Counted from the first letter of the stretch, positions 35,364 through 55,500 are shown. The stretch: 64,000 nt of DNA from Macrostomum lignano (GCA_002269645.1 NIVC01000797.1:124001-188000), one strand, 5' to 3'. The notes: generated by a model from the sequence alone, not told the origin. Translations and numbers: made by a program.

Positions 35364-37730
35364 TAGGATTCATTCTGGTGCAGGTGTGCCATGATCCTGA
35401 TTATGGATATAGCATCCTTCCCTCTAATATACCCCTCTAATGTATTATTATAGGAGGGCCTATTGTATGGCATTTATATACTGAATTTTAGAAACAAAAA
35501 ATTTCTAAACTTAGTTATAGGCAACTGAGATAAAAAAATTCACAGTCCTATGTATGATGCAAATTATTAATACTAGTAGCCATAGTAGGCCTAACTAATT
35601 ATATAAATTAATAAATATAATAATAGTCTATGTATAGATTATTGAAGCAATTAAAGATATAGACCCTACTCTACTCTCATTAAAATTTGCCATGTGTTGC
35701 TTAAGCAAGCATTGTACCGCATTTTGAGTAACTGAGTTACAAAGATAGAGCAGGAGTTGAGTTGCAGTTGGTGATAAGTGGTATTGGTATATACTGTCAT
35801 AAAAAATTAAAAGAGGCAGTGCAAAACAATACATAGCCATCATAAGTGCAAATTAAGTAGGATAAATGTGAAAAAAATACAAATTTAAGCATAAAATTTC
35901 CTTCCTCAATAGATTAGTCATGTTTATAACTTATTGCTTTGTCTATGTCCTCTGACCTCTATGCGACACGACAACAGTACGAAAGAATTGGAGACAAGTG
36001 TAAAGTCAAATAAATAGAGTATACTAGAACTAGAGCTTTTGACATTCCTATACTCTCAGGTTTTTCGCACTACACACGTATTTTACAACAGGTGAAGTGG
36101 CCAACATTGGTCGAATGGTTCCATTTAGAATAACGCGTGCACAGCTTGGTTTGTCTCTCGCTGGAAGTACAAGGTGTAAGAAAAATTATTTCTTTCGAAT
36201 AAAATAAGAGACTTAAAAAAGATATTCCACACAATTTGCCGTAGTTATCATTGTTGTTTTAATTAATTTTTGTAGTAAAAAGCTTTTCAAAGTAATTAAA
36301 TTTTAATATCAAGTAATTTCGTGAGAAATAAAAACATTTCACGCTTACTTTGTTTATATCACCAAAGCCACGAAACTTTAGGCTTACAGTCAATCCGGTG
36401 ACAATGCGATTAGTGTGCAGCTTTTACTGAAAATAAAGAACACATCGATTTAAATGCAGTTTCTTGTTGACATAGCGAAGAAATAGCGATCTAGGCTAAA
36501 ACTGTTGAAAAGTCTAGCTAGTCACCTCTCTGCGCAACCTCTCAGTTGAAAAGATTCGACTTTCGTGAAATTTTTATCTTGTGAAATTTGGAGCTTGAGA
36601 ACAGTCTGGCCAAGGACAACTGTATACTGTACAGTGATCCCGTATCTATAGCTATACAATTGATGGGTTTCGACCTTCGGGCTCCTTGTTAGGGAAGCCT
36701 TCGGGCCTCAGGCTCAGAAATAAATCAATTAGAGACCTGGCCCCCCACTCCTGTCAGATGGTCAGCCCCATGGTAGCTTGATCGTGTGGCGAGCAGTCTA
36801 GGTCCTATAGCTAAGAGAGGGACAGCGAGAGACGAGCAGGGAGAATTTTGAAAGTAGAAATTAGCTAATCCGCAGATCAACTAACTTGCTGCCACCAGCC
36901 CGTGCGCCCTGGCTCACCACACCGGGACTCTCGAAATCGGGCTTCCGACTAGAAGGGGCTTTGCACTTACCTGCCAACTAGTGTCTTTTTGCTGTCAATC
37001 TCGAAGTCATAGCCGATGATAAGGGACACTGCTGGGACTAGATCGCATTGGCCATGCAGGTACAGAGGGGACTTGTGCAGGGGATTCTTGCGGTGGCGAG
37101 TCTATGGGGTAGCTACATGTACTATTATATTGCTAAATACGAAGATATGTACTTTTAGCCTTCAACGCGCCAACTAGCCTCTCATAGCGCTGATGATAGG
37201 CTAACTCGAACTTCAGAGACCGCATGATTCATTTACCCGAGCCGCTTGGCTACCCTAGAGTGCACAAAGTACATCTCTGGCGCCGATTCTGCACTTTTGG
37301 CAGTTTTGCTCACTGATTTGTTAGATTGGTCGACTGAGAACTGCCTGGCCATTGGTCCACTGTGACCGGCGCCTACTAGCTTAGCTACTCATCTGAGCCA
37401 TCGGCGAACAAAGAAATAAAGCCGACAAAGATAACTGTTAGATTTAACCTTCTCCTTAGTTCACTTCACACTTTAGATTGAATTGGAGTCTTAGACTACT
37501 AGCAGTATTATTGAATGATTCCTGCCTCAGCAACAGCACTACTGAACAAAATGAGCAAAAGTGTGCGCCTAATTCAGCTACTGCAACAGGGGACAGAAAA
37601 GGGATCACCCAATCAAGCAAGTCTAGGTAGCCTCTCACCCAACCAATCAGAAACTCAACAGCCAGAGACCAGGTATTCCACAGTGACCGAATCGGCTCGA
37701 TGCTCTGCAGCTGTAGACTCGGGATGATGC

Positions 37731-38113
37731 TGTCACAATCTTCGCTGTTAGCTAGCAGGTGATGCTCTTAACTGGATGTTCGCTGCTGTCGACCGGGGGA
37801 CTCGTCCTTGATGATGATGGGGGAAGTTGCAATCCGGGGATCAAGAAACGACGGTCGTGCTCCGGGAACCAGGAGTTGCGCGCTGGGCCCGAGCCAAAGT
37901 AAGAAGAAGTTGCGTCCGAGCGGGCCGAAAACTCCGGTTTAAATAGCCGCCAACTGGACCGCAGTTTGTTATAACGGAACACGTCGATTCTGATTGGCCG
38001 AGCCGTTTTGTTAAAATGAGCGCCGAATTTTCTGATTGGCTAAGCTCGTTGCTACCCAGAATCACGTGACCGAGAGATCCTATCAGTTCCCACAGGGTCG
38101 TAAAAAGATGACA
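37731..38113 (-). mobile_element. Probable solo LTR (383 bp)
   Basis: TGTCA...TGACA ends; flanks GATGC/GGTGC (5-bp TSD, 1 mismatch); minus-strand CCAAT boxes (about 38037 and 37995) upstream of TATTTAAA (37945-37938). Confidence 0.5.
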
Positions 38114-40246
38114 GGTGCGGCCATAAATCACTCAAAATCGCAACAAAATGATTTATGACTTTTCGCGTAGGATTGACAGAAATGAATGAAAAAATATACA
38201 TTAGAAAGCTCTTATTAAATAGAAAGTGAAGATAATGAAGAGAAATCGCTAATCGCTAATCCCAAGGTACTTTTAGGGGTAAAACGCATAGCTGTCAAAG
38301 CTGTCACACGCTTGAGTGAATCCGAACAATAGGCTCTGACCTCATAAATCTTGATGGCCTGTCAAAATGATGAAAAAAAAGCTACCGCCCGCATCCTCTC
38401 AGACCATCTGGCGCCCGCTTCAACACTGAGTGAGGCGCAGGTGGCTGTCAGATCAGCTTCGAAAGCGATGATTTATGACCCAAAAAGCTGCGCCTATGTT
38501 ATTATGACTACTAGTATGGCCAGACATTATATCTAGTATAGATTCTATGAAAATTCGCAGAAAAAGGATAAAAATGCCCACTGCCCACTGTTAGTAGGCA
38601 AGTAAGTTTAGAGCCCATGTGCTAGCGCGGGATTTGGGAAAAAGTGCGTCCTCATCACAATGTACATGTATACTGTGCACGGTACATGTAGATCAGGTTG
38701 TATGGAGTTTCGCTCCATATAATGAAACAGTAACAAGTAGTAATTTCAGACGATTTAAAGTTTCCAGCAGCTTGCTTATGAATTTTTTGAGTGTATGAAA
38801 TGAATTGAAATTTTACATGTAGTTTCGGTAAATGGCATTTGTTGTGAGCTTCGAGAGCTCCACCTGTTGCTGTTCTGCTATGTTCGACAAATTTAAATCC
38901 GAGCGAATGAAACTCCGAGGCCACGAAAGCAAACCCGCGGCACTTCGTAGGTACAGAATATCTTGCATGGGTTGATTATGCTGAATTATTGCAACCAACG
39001 TGCGTTAGGTTTAATTTACAATGCTCGTATAGTTCAATGAGAAATTAAAATATAGAGAAGGCCGCGGGCTCATATATCACATGCATTATATTTATGTTAC
39101 TAAAACTTAAATAAGCTGCAATATGTTAAAAAAAGCAAACAGTTCAATTAAATAGGCAAGTTCCAATTTCTCTTTTTTACTTATGGACCAAGTTCGGGTT
39201 GCTCTCGCCTTCGTCCGCAAAGGCAAAAACGATCAGGCGTTAATAAATTTTATGGCCATATTCACTATCATATGATCATATGAAAGCCGCGTCTAATAAC
39301 TTTTTTGACGCACTAGGTTGATAGTATTACGCCCGTGAAAGAGAGAACTAGCTGCTTATCAAGTATACTGTATAATGTAATTGGTAAGCTAACAGAAGTG
39401 GCACATATTCGAAGGCTGCGATATAGCAGGCCGACTAAGGAGCAGCTATAGTACTAACTTTACTTTATCGAGCCTTATGGCTTTGCATGTAAATTTTTCT
39501 TTATCTTATTCGCTCAGACTCATGTAAATACATGTGACTCTGATCAATTAGTTTATAAACTGCCACAACAACGGTTATATAATTAACACACTGTACAATA
39601 ATGTTACCACGTGTCCTTTGATTGAACCGCTTCATGCTTGCACCCCATGACCGGTGATAACACGCCGGCTGTCCTGTTTCTTTCCGCATTGTACAAGCCA
39701 CAGAAAAATTCTTATAATAATTCCTTCTGACCTGCCAAATTTCCGGGTTTAATTCCGTTCTTAATTTAAACTGCAAGCCGGTACTTGCAACTTTGCTATA
39801 GTATTTATACGATTTTCGAGAATTTAATAATAACAATCAGAGCCACCGCAAATTTTTAAATAAACTACATATAGCTTGCGACTTCTCAACCTCAACCTAC
39901 GGGGTACAAGAAAAATTCAATTAAATTAAAAGTTTTTGTTTTCAGCAGCACAAATTTAATTGTTTTTGATACTCAGATTAGTATTACGAGCTATTATTTT
40001 TACTATATACTTGTACTACACGTTATACATGTAGAAAAATGTAAACTATTATATATATAACTAATAAGTTTATCAGAATTATCAGAATTCTAAATTCTAT
40101 TTCATTTAGGATTAAATATCCTACAGCTAATCGAATGCTACTTTAAGTAGGGTTAGTTGTAAACATTTAAAATTTTATTGAGAGCATTAATTTTATATAG
40201 GCTCGTAGTCGCAACAAAAATGATCGAAAACTAATAAAGAATGGAT

Positions 40247-45701
<5,455 letters not shown>

Positions 45702-45709
45702 CTGGATGG

Positions 45710-45945
<236 letters not shown>

Positions 45946-46739
45946 CTCGCGCAGTCAGTCAGTCAGCAGTTGCTGACCGCATGCATTCGCATAGTTTCTG
46001 CCTACCCTAGCAAGCAAAGATGGCAGGCGCACTGCAGCAGACGAAACTTCTGGGTGTCAAGGAACTTCACCCCCCCCCCTCTTCACTCGATGCCAGACGG
46101 CAGGCAGCAGCTCTGTATGAACTGGTATATTATAGTAAGACCACCATTTGTCCTGACTGGCGTACAGCGCAGACTTATTACACTAATTAGGGCACTGACA
46201 GCTTTGCGGAGTTGCAAAACGCTACACAGTTTTGGAAGGTCATTTCTCATTATTTCCCTCTCCCTCCCCGGCTGCTATCCACTTTCTTTTCTCCTCGTAT
46301 CTCCCAGTCTGTATTAAAGAATTCTTCTTTGCCTGTATTCTATATTTTTAGCTATTATAGCCCCGTCTTCTTATCCACATTTTCTGCAACAATTGCTATC
46401 GGCTGCTACATTCTGTTTTGGACTCTATAGCGCAGTTAGTAGTCATTGGGTGAATTAGAAGCGACTTAAGTGTAATGGCTTAAAATGCCTCTTCTAATAT
46501 TAAGGTTTCAAACTATTCTGTTTATAATAAAGTAAAATTGGCTTCAGAAATATTTGCTACAGTTGGGGAACTGTGCGCTGTTATTGGTGTGATTGGCTTA
46601 GTGTAGCAGAATTTAGTGTCTGAACTAAACTTATTCGTACGTATTCTGACGAAGAGTTCATATTTTTGTGTAGCCATGTAGGCTTAGACGGTCACGTTGA
46701 GGCTTTCTTTTCTCTCAACAAACCCGAGGGAAAGGTTGG

Positions 46740-47545
46740 TCCTAAAAATCACAGGGAAATGCAATGGCCCCAAACAGATCATTTAATGAACGGTGGTAGC
46801 CCTAAAAGGATCACTAGGAACGGTGGTTGCCCCAAAAATATCAACGAGTGGTGGTGGCCCCAAAAGAATCATAGAAAACAATGGTGACCCCAAAAGATAA
46901 TAAACAGGGAAGGTGGTGGCCCCAAAAGATAATAAACAGGGAAGGTGGTGGCCCCGAAAGATAAACAGGGAAGGTGGTGGCCCCGAAAGATAAACAGGGA
47001 AGGTGGTGGCCCCAAAAGATAAACAGGGAAGGTGGTGGCCCCAAAGAATCACATGAAACGGTGGTGGCCCCAAAGAATTACAGGGAACAGTACTGGCCCT
47101 AAAAGAATCACAAGGTACGGTGGTTGTCCCAAAAATATCAGCAACGAGCGGTGGTGGCCCCAAAAAATTACAGAAAACCGTGATGGCCCCAAAAGGATCA
47201 CAGGGAACGGTGGTGGCCCCAAAAGGATCACAGGGAACGGTGGTGGCCCCAAAAGGATCACAGGGAACGGCATTGGGCCCCAAAGAAATACAGGAAACCG
47301 TGATGGCCCCAAAGATTCACATGGAACAGTGCTGGCCCCAAAAGGATCACAGGGAACGGTGGTGGCCCCAAAAGGATCACAGGGAACGGCATTGGGCCCC
47401 AAAGAAATACAGGAAACCGTGATGGCCCCAAAGATTCACATGGAACAGTGCTGGCCCCAAAAGGATCACAGGGAACGGTGGTGGTCCCAAAAGGATCACA
47501 GGGAACGGTGGTGGCCCCAAAAGGATCACAGAAAGCGATGGCCGT
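46740..47545. repeat. 28-29 bp minisatellite (GGTGGTGGCCCCAAA[A]GGATCACAGGGAAC), array 1
   Basis: Degenerate tandem copies; same family as 50405-51780. Confidence 0.93.
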
Positions 47546-48261
47546 GTCACCAAAGGAACGCTGCTGGCTCAAATAGAAACGGCAAAGTAATTTTTTGGCC
47601 CAGAAAAAGCTGCTTTTATGGCCAGTGAAAAGACGGTGCACTAATATCCCTTTTGAAGGACGACTTTGTAAAGAGTAAAAAAATGACGCGGTCAGGTTTG
47701 TTTTGTAAAAATACAGTCGATTGATATCTTTATTGCAGACATAACTTTAGCCAGTAAATTCATTATAAGCACTCTAAATACAACCTGGACACCAGATGCC
47801 AAACAAACTTTATATACGCTATTTTTTTTTCAGGCCACTTGATAGGCCTGCAATTTCTTGTTTTGGTCCACTACACCAAAATTGCTGACTTTATATAGGG
47901 AAGACAATGTTTATACCGCAGTCAAATCATTGTGGACATTGTGAACTTTTGTTGCCCAAAAAGAAGTACCTGCATTCTTACTAGGTAAAGTATTAGTATG
48001 CCTTGCAAATTTATTCTGTCTAAAGACACTGAAGTAGTTTTGTCGCAGATCTCTTGCATTGGCTTCTGCATGTGCACACGAAACGCTAACTATACATGTA
48101 CATGTGTTCATGTATATGCATAACGCTTAGAGTTCACCTCCAATGTTCTTTTTAAGGATTTTAAACGCCCTGAATTCCAGAGATGGTAAATAGGGTTTAC
48201 AGCGGCCCTGACAGCCTGACTTTCTCGTCATTAAGTCAGCCAATTTGAGTCCTGTTAGCGC

Positions 48262-49204
48262 CTGTCTCTTGGTGGGCGCCCTTGTCTCTTGGTTAGCTTT
48301 CTTGTCCCTTGGTTGGCGTCCCTGTCTCTTGGTTGGCGCCCCTGTCTCTTGGTTGGCGCCCCTGTCTCTTGGTTGGCGCCCCTGTCTCTTGGTTGGCGCC
48401 CCTGTCTCTTGGTTGGCGCCCCTGTCTCTTGGTTGGCGCCCCTGTCTCTTGGTTGGCGTCCCTGTCTCTTGGTTGGCGCCCCTGTCTCTTGGTTGGCACC
48501 CCTGTCTCTTGGTTGGCGCCCCTGTCTCTTGGTTGGCGCCCCTGTCTCTTGGTTGGCGTCTCTGTCTCTTGGTTGGCGCCCCTGTCTCTTGGTTGGCGCC
48601 CCTGTCTCTTGGTTGGCGCCCCTGTCTCTTGGTTGGCGCCCCTGTCTCTTGGTTGGCGCCCCTGTCTCTTGGTTGGCGCCCCTGTCTCTTGGTTGGCGTC
48701 CCTGTCTCTTGGTGGGCGTCCCTGTCTCTTAATTGGCGCCCCTGTCTCTTAATTGGCGCCCCTGTCTCTTGGTTGGCGCCCCTGTCTCTTGGTGGGCGCC
48801 CCCGCCTCCTGGTTGGCGCCCCTGTCTCTTGGTTGGCGCCCCTGTCTCTTGGTTGGCGCCCCTGTCTCTTGGTGGGCGTCCCTGTCTCTTAATTGGCGCC
48901 CCTGTCTCTTGGTTGGCGCCCCTGTCTTTTGGTTGGCGCCCCTGTCTCTTGGTTGGCGCCCCTGTCTCTTGGTTGGCGCCCCTGTCTCTTGGTTGGCGCC
49001 CCTGTCTCTTGGTTGGCGCCCCTGTCTTTTGGTTGGCGCCCCTGTCTCTTGGTTGGCGCCCCTGTCTCTTGGTGGGCGTCCCTGTCTCTTAATTGGCGCC
49101 CCTGTCTCTTGGTTGGCGCCCCTGTCTCTTGGTTGGCGCCCCTGTCTTTTGGTTGGCGCCCCTGTCTCTTGGTTGGCGCCCCTGTCTCTTGGTTGGCGCC
49201 CCTG
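48262..49204. repeat. 20-bp minisatellite (CCTGTCTCTTGGTTGGCGCC)
   Basis: About 47 highly similar copies. Confidence 0.98.
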
Positions 49205-50404
49205 TGAGCGCTCCTACCTCTGTCTCTTAGACGGGTGGATCGTGGATGTCACTCGCATCCAAGAAAGATCTAGCAAAAAGTTTGGCTCCTGTCATTCGTC
49301 GAAAACCTCTGACGAAATGGATGAGCCTGTTTTATTTAGGTGCAATCTGACCCTCAGCATACGCCAAGCTGCTTATACTCTATAATAAAATCTCATATAC
49401 TGTAAATCAAGAATCTAATCTATACGGTAGTTACAATAGTTGACATATATCAGCTCACCGGAACAGCTGTAGGTCAATAGCAAAGTCATTATCAAACCAA
49501 ATAAGCTGGTTACATACACGCAAGTAGTGCCAACAAATGCCGATTGTTGAAACGGCTGCCTGCTGGGCGCCATCAATCAGGTTTTTTAGTTGAGAGTACC
49601 GGTACAACTTGGCTGTCTTGCAAGAAAATAATCTGACAGTAGGTACCGGATCCTCTGGGAGACTCAACCAGAACTGAACGATATAAAAAGTAAAAAGAAG
49701 AAGATGATCCAAGCTTCTAATAGAACAGCGACAGAAAAAGAAGCAGAATGGAGGAGGTAAGGCAGACTTTTCTATCCTATATAACGATTGGTTGTCAGGG
49801 CCGCTGAGAGATGAGGCTTTTCCTGAGCGCCAAGGAGGTCGCTCGCCCTCCCCCATCGGTCGCCCACTTGCACTATGCAGTCAGTCAACAACCAATACGA
49901 ATTGAGTCGGGGCAGGAGAAAAATATAAATCTTCATTTGGAATTTCTTCCAACAGAGAGACTGGTTGGAGGGGGGGGGCTTGAAACTGATATCCCTTACC
50001 GAGAGCTCGAAGCCCGAGCTGCTGAAGGGAAAACCAAGAGGAAGAGCTGCGAGAGAAGATGAGCAATTCCCAGAAAAATGGCTTCAGGACTTTACCAACA
50101 CTAAAATAGTGTATTATATATACTTTCAGTACTGATTTATATAGACCGATATTGGAAGTCAATCGATAAAGAAAGTAAGCTCATAGGATTAACCAATCTC
50201 AAGGCTCAGCTCACACTTCAGTATTTTCATGTGAAAACGCTGCACTCTAACCTTTCATGACAGACGGCGGGTCGCTTGCTGATCCCAAAAAGAAATAATT
50301 CCCCAACTTCCAGTGCATTGGAAACACAAGCGCACAGACCTTCAACCATTAAATTTTATAAACACGAATTGCCTTGGCCCCAACCTAAAAAACTCAAAAA
50401 ATAT

Positions 50405-51780
50405 CAACAAGGAGCGGTGGTGGCCCCAAAGAATCACAGGGAAGGTGGTGGCCCCAAAGAATCACAGGGAACGGTGATAGCCACAAAAGATACACAGGGA
50501 ACGTTGGTGGCCCCAAAAGATAAACAAGGAACAGTGGTGGCCCCAAAGAATCACAGGGAACGGTGTTGGATCCAAAAGGATCACAGGGAACGGCGGTGGC
50601 CCCAAAAGGATCACAGGGAACGGCGCTGGCCCCAAAAGGATCACAGGGAACAGTGGTGGCCCCAAAGAATCACAGGGAACGGTATTGGCCCCAAAGAATC
50701 ACAGGGAACAGTGGTGGCCCCAAAGAATCACAGGGAACGGTATTGGCCCCAAAGAATCACAGGGAACGGTGTTGGCCCCAAAGAATCACAGGGAACGGTG
50801 TTGGCCCCAAAGAATCACAGGGAACGGTGGTGGCCCCAAAGAATCACAGGGAACGGTGTTGGCCCCAAAGAATCACAGGGAACGGTGGTGGCCCCAAAGA
50901 ATCACAGGGAACGATGTTGGCCCCAAAGAATCACAGGGAACGGTGTTGGCCCCAAAGAATCACAGGGAACGGTGTTGGCCCCAAAGAATCACAGGGAACG
51001 GTGGTGGCCCCAAAGAATCACAGGGAACGATGTTGGCCCCAAAGAATCACAGGGAACGGTGTTGGCCCCAAAGAATCACAGGGAACGGTGTTGGCCCCAA
51101 AGAATCACAGGGAACGGTGGTGGCCCCAAAGAATCACAGGGAACGGTGGTGGCCCCAAAGAATCACAGGGAAGGTGGTGGCCCCAAAAGATAAACAAGGA
51201 ACAGTGGTGGCCCCAAAGAATCACAGGGAACGGTGACAGCCACAAAAGATACACAGGGAACGTTGGTGGCCCCAAAAGATAAACAAGGAACAGTGGTGGC
51301 CCCAAAGAATCACAGGGAACGGTGGTGGCCCCAAAAGGATCACAGGGAACGGCGGTGGCCCCAAAAGAATCACAGGGAACGGTGGTGGCCCCAAAAGGAT
51401 CACAGGGAACGGTGGTGGGCCCAAAAGATCAACATGGAAGGTGGTGGCCCCAAAGAATCACAGGGAACGGTGGTGGCCCCAAAAGGATCACAGGGAACGG
51501 TGGTGGCCCAAGAAATCACAGGGAACGTTGGTGGCCCCAAAAGATAAACAAGGAACAGTGGTGGCCCTAAAGAATCACAGGGAACGGTGTTGGCCCCAAA
51601 AGGATCACAGGGAACGGTGTTGGCCCCAAAAGGATCACAGGGAACGGTGTTGGCCCCAAAGAATCACAGGGAACGGTGGTGGCCCAAGAAATCACAGGGA
51701 ACGGTGGTGGCCCTAAAAAGATCACAGGAAAAGGTGGTGGCCCCAAAAGGATTACAAAGAACGGTGGTGGTCCCAAAAAT
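50405..51780. repeat. 28-29 bp minisatellite (GGTGGTGGCCCCAAAGAATCACAGGGAAC), array 2
   Basis: About 48 copies. Confidence 0.96.
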
Positions 51781-52533
51781 CTGAGAGTAGGTCAGCAGCT
51801 TTCAGGCTGATCTGCGGTACGTTGTTGGACCACAAAAATCCATAAGGCTTTCTCTGAGTCTTACCAACATCGGGAAAATAAAGTCAAAGTGAGCTCACAA
51901 ACGGTTAGTCTTGGCGAATTGCCAGTATTCAAACATTATTAGCAGGGCTACACATCACAGCTTATTTAATCTTATTTATTTTTGATTATTAACCATCAAT
52001 CTTTCACCCTCGAAATACTACTTACACTGAGAATGTTAGTAAGTAGTAAATAAAGAAAATATAGAATTTTAAAGCTACATTTGAACTGAAATTGGCCAGA
52101 CAACAGAGCCAAGTGTGATAATAAAGCATAAATAGCTAGATAAAACTTCGTTTGTGTATCAAAGTGTATCAAAGTGGACGGACTTGAAAACATCCCATTT
52201 TGGACACGGATCATTTGAGGGTCAAGAGCGTTTCATAGAAAGCTCTGAAGAGAAAAAAACTTCAACAAGGCAACATCGGGTCCTGTATTTACTAAAGCGA
52301 CAGCGATGTTCAGAAAAACACTACTGACCAACTTGATGCAGCAGTAGCGTGTGCTGCAAATTCATCACCAAAATTTTGAGAAAACAGTTATTTTAACAAA
52401 TCAAAAAAACAACTGCAAAATAACTGAAGGCATGCATTTTTATATGGAAAAGACCGTATTTTATTCAATTTGTTTAGTAATATAATCTTAGGATTATAAT
52501 CATCACACCTGACGGAGATTAATTGTCCACATT

Positions 52534-55500
52534 TCAGTAAAAGTCCTCGCCGTCTTCGGCTTTGCGACGCCGGTACTCGGCGGCCGCTTCCGGGCCGAGC
52601 AGTTCGAGGTCGGCCTCGGACAGAATCACCCCGCGGGGCAGGTAGCCGATGAGTCTGGATATGTTTCAGATTGCAGATTGGAATGAATGCGAATCGGAAT
52701 TTGGGATTTAAGACTAACGAATCCCCAATCCTACTCAAAGATCCCCCAAAATCCCCAATCCTACTTAAAGACCCCCCAAAATCCCCAATCCTACTCCAAG
52801 ATCAAAATCCTCAATCCTACTCAAAGATCACCCAAAATCCCCAATCCTACTCAAAGATTCCTTAAGATCCCAAATCCTACTCAAAGATCCCTAAAATCAC
52901 CAATCCTACCAAAAGATCCCTAAAATCCCCAATCCAGATCCTTAAAATCCCCAATCCAGATCCTTAAAATCCCCAATCCTACTCAAAGATTCCTTAAGAT
53001 CCCAAATCCTACTCAAAGCTTCCCAAAATCCCCAATCCTACTTAAAGATCCCTAAAATCCCCAATCCTACCCAATGATCCCCCGAATCCCCAATACTACT
53101 CAAAGATCCTTTAAAATCCCCAATCCTACTCAAAGCTCCCTAAAATCCACGATCCTACCTATAAATCCTCGAAAATACTCAAAAATCCCAAAAATCCCAA
53201 TTCCTATACATAAGTCCTCACGTCTCTGAGTTATTAAGTATCCCAAATCCAAAGATTCTCAAACTCTAATCAATTATTTGGGGAGCCAAGATCCCAGCAC
53301 AGCCGACCCATCACTTAAAGAAGTTCAGCCGGCTCCCTGGCAACTCACTTGCTGGCGTGCTCGCGCACGAGCCTCTGCCGCTCCTCCTCGACAATGCGAC
53401 GTCGGTACTCCTCCTGCTGGCGCTCCTGCTCCGCCGCGGCGTCCTCGGCCTGGCGCTGCGCCGCGAACGCTGTCCGGCGCTCCTCCAGAAGTCGTTCGAC
53501 CTCGCGCTTGTGCTCCGCCTGTTTTAGGCGCCGTTTCTGCGCATTCATCTGCTCTAACCGGTCGTCCTCGGCAAACTTGGCCAGCATCTGCTGCCGGTAG
53601 CGCTCCTCCTCGGCTCGCTCGGCTGCCAGCCGGGCCTCCTTGGCCTCCAGCTGCTGCTCGTGCTGGGCGCGCATCTCCAGCCGCTGTCGGATTCGACGCT
53701 CGGCCTCATCGCGCTCGGCTCGGCGAGCCCGAGCGGCGGCCTCCTCTTCGACGAGCTCTTGGCGAACCTTAGAATGGTTGCGGTGGGCGTCGATTGAATG
53801 GTTAATTAGACGACGAAGCATATACAGGCTTGGTTACTCTTGCCGTTTACCGTCGAAGTCATATCGGTATTTTGCTAATAATGTGGCGAGGCTTACTTTT
53901 TAGCAACGAAAGGTATAGTTACTCTTGCTGTTTACTTATGCAGACTTACAGCGTTGCAATATTTTGTTGCTTAAACGACTAACGGGATCAACCTGGGAGC
54001 CAGTAAAACAGCTTTCTACTCTCAGTTCAGTAGCAAAGAAGAATACATAAGCTATTTTATAAAAACAAGGCGGCTGAAATGACTTTGATAAGTTTAGAAG
54101 CCCAAGCTTGCAGGCGTAAACAACTTACTAATTGGTTCAGCAATAATGTACATTGGCCAGTACACTGAAATGTACTGGCCAATGAACACTGAAACACGGA
54201 AACTTTAGGCTGGAATTCCGAGAAAGGCAATAAAATTGTGGCGGGTGGGGGGGTAGTGTGGAAAGGCGCGGTTGGGGGTTTAAGTTGGGTGGGTAAGAGC
54301 CAATAAATGAGCCTTGGCTTTAAAAATACATTAAAATGCTTCAGTTTAAATTACTACTGAACTGAAAGTAGCTTACACGCAAATGTGCTGAGTGGCCCAT
54401 CTATTCTACATTTAGTAGCTGTGCCTAAGGGTAAGTGCTAGTCAACCTGGGTCAACCTGGAACGAACGAGTTAATGCAAATTTGTCCTTTAAGCAAAACA
54501 ATTCCAAAGACAAAAGCGTCTCAGAGCCGCCATCTCACGTCTTCCAGCTCCCGTTTGGCGGCCTCCTCCGCCTGGATGCGAGCGTGCAGCTCCGCCCTGA
54601 CGCGATCCTGCGCCTCCTCGCGTGCGCGCCTCTCGGCCGCGACGGCCGCCTCGCGAGCGCCCTGCGACTGAAGGAATCGTTTAATCTTGGCGTTCTCTTC
54701 CTCCAATCGGCGCCTTTCAGCCTCCTTCCAGGCGGCGCGTTCCGCTTGGAACTCGCGGATGTACTGCTGAGTGGCGTGGCGCTTCTCCATCTCGCGCTGA
54801 CGCTCGCGCTCGTCTTCGTCGTGCAGCCGGCGGACAATCTCGTCGATCATGAGCTTCTCTTTGAGGAACTCGGCGTAGGCGGCCTGACGGGCGCGCTCCT
54901 GGTCCTCTAGCTGGCGCTCCAGCTGTGCTTGGTACTCGGCCTTCTCCTTGGCCTGATGGATTGGCGAGGTTAAGGGGCGACATGTAAATTTAACAATCGG
55001 AGCCAGATTAAGAAGCATTCAAACCACGGTGGAACAATGCGAGCAGTTAAGGGGGAGCATCGCTGCTAGTCCATTACACTAAAATCAATTAACTACAGTG
55101 GTACAATGCGAGCAGCCGCCCTTAAGGGGGGGCATCACCGCTAGTCCAATATACTAAAATCAATTAACTACAGTGGTACAATACGAGCAGTCGCCCTTAA
55201 GGGGGGGCATCACCGCTAGTCCAATATACTAAAATCAATTAACTACAGTGGTACAATACGAGCAGTCGCCCTTAAGGGGGGGCATCACCGCTAGTCCAAT
55301 ATACTAAAATCAATTAACTACAGTGGTACAATGCGAGCAGCCGCCCTTAAGGGGGGGCATCACCGCTAGTCCAATATACTAAAATCAATTAACTACAGTG
55401 GTACAATACGAGCAGTCGCCCTTAAGGGGGGCATCACCGCTAGTCAAATATACTAAAATCAATTAACTGCAGTGGTACAATGTGAGCAGTCCCGCTTTCA

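Noticed and set aside
36079-36180. Possible plus-strand exon (EVANIGRMVPFRITRAQLGLSLAGST)
   Set aside because: It has AG/GT boundaries but no partner exons or recognisable homology.
49200-49680. Possible further minus-strand exons of the Ig-like gene (about 49675-49460 and 49327-49230)
   Set aside because: Splice-like ends and compatible phase, but no Ig features and an in-frame stop in the second; they cannot be linked without RNA data.
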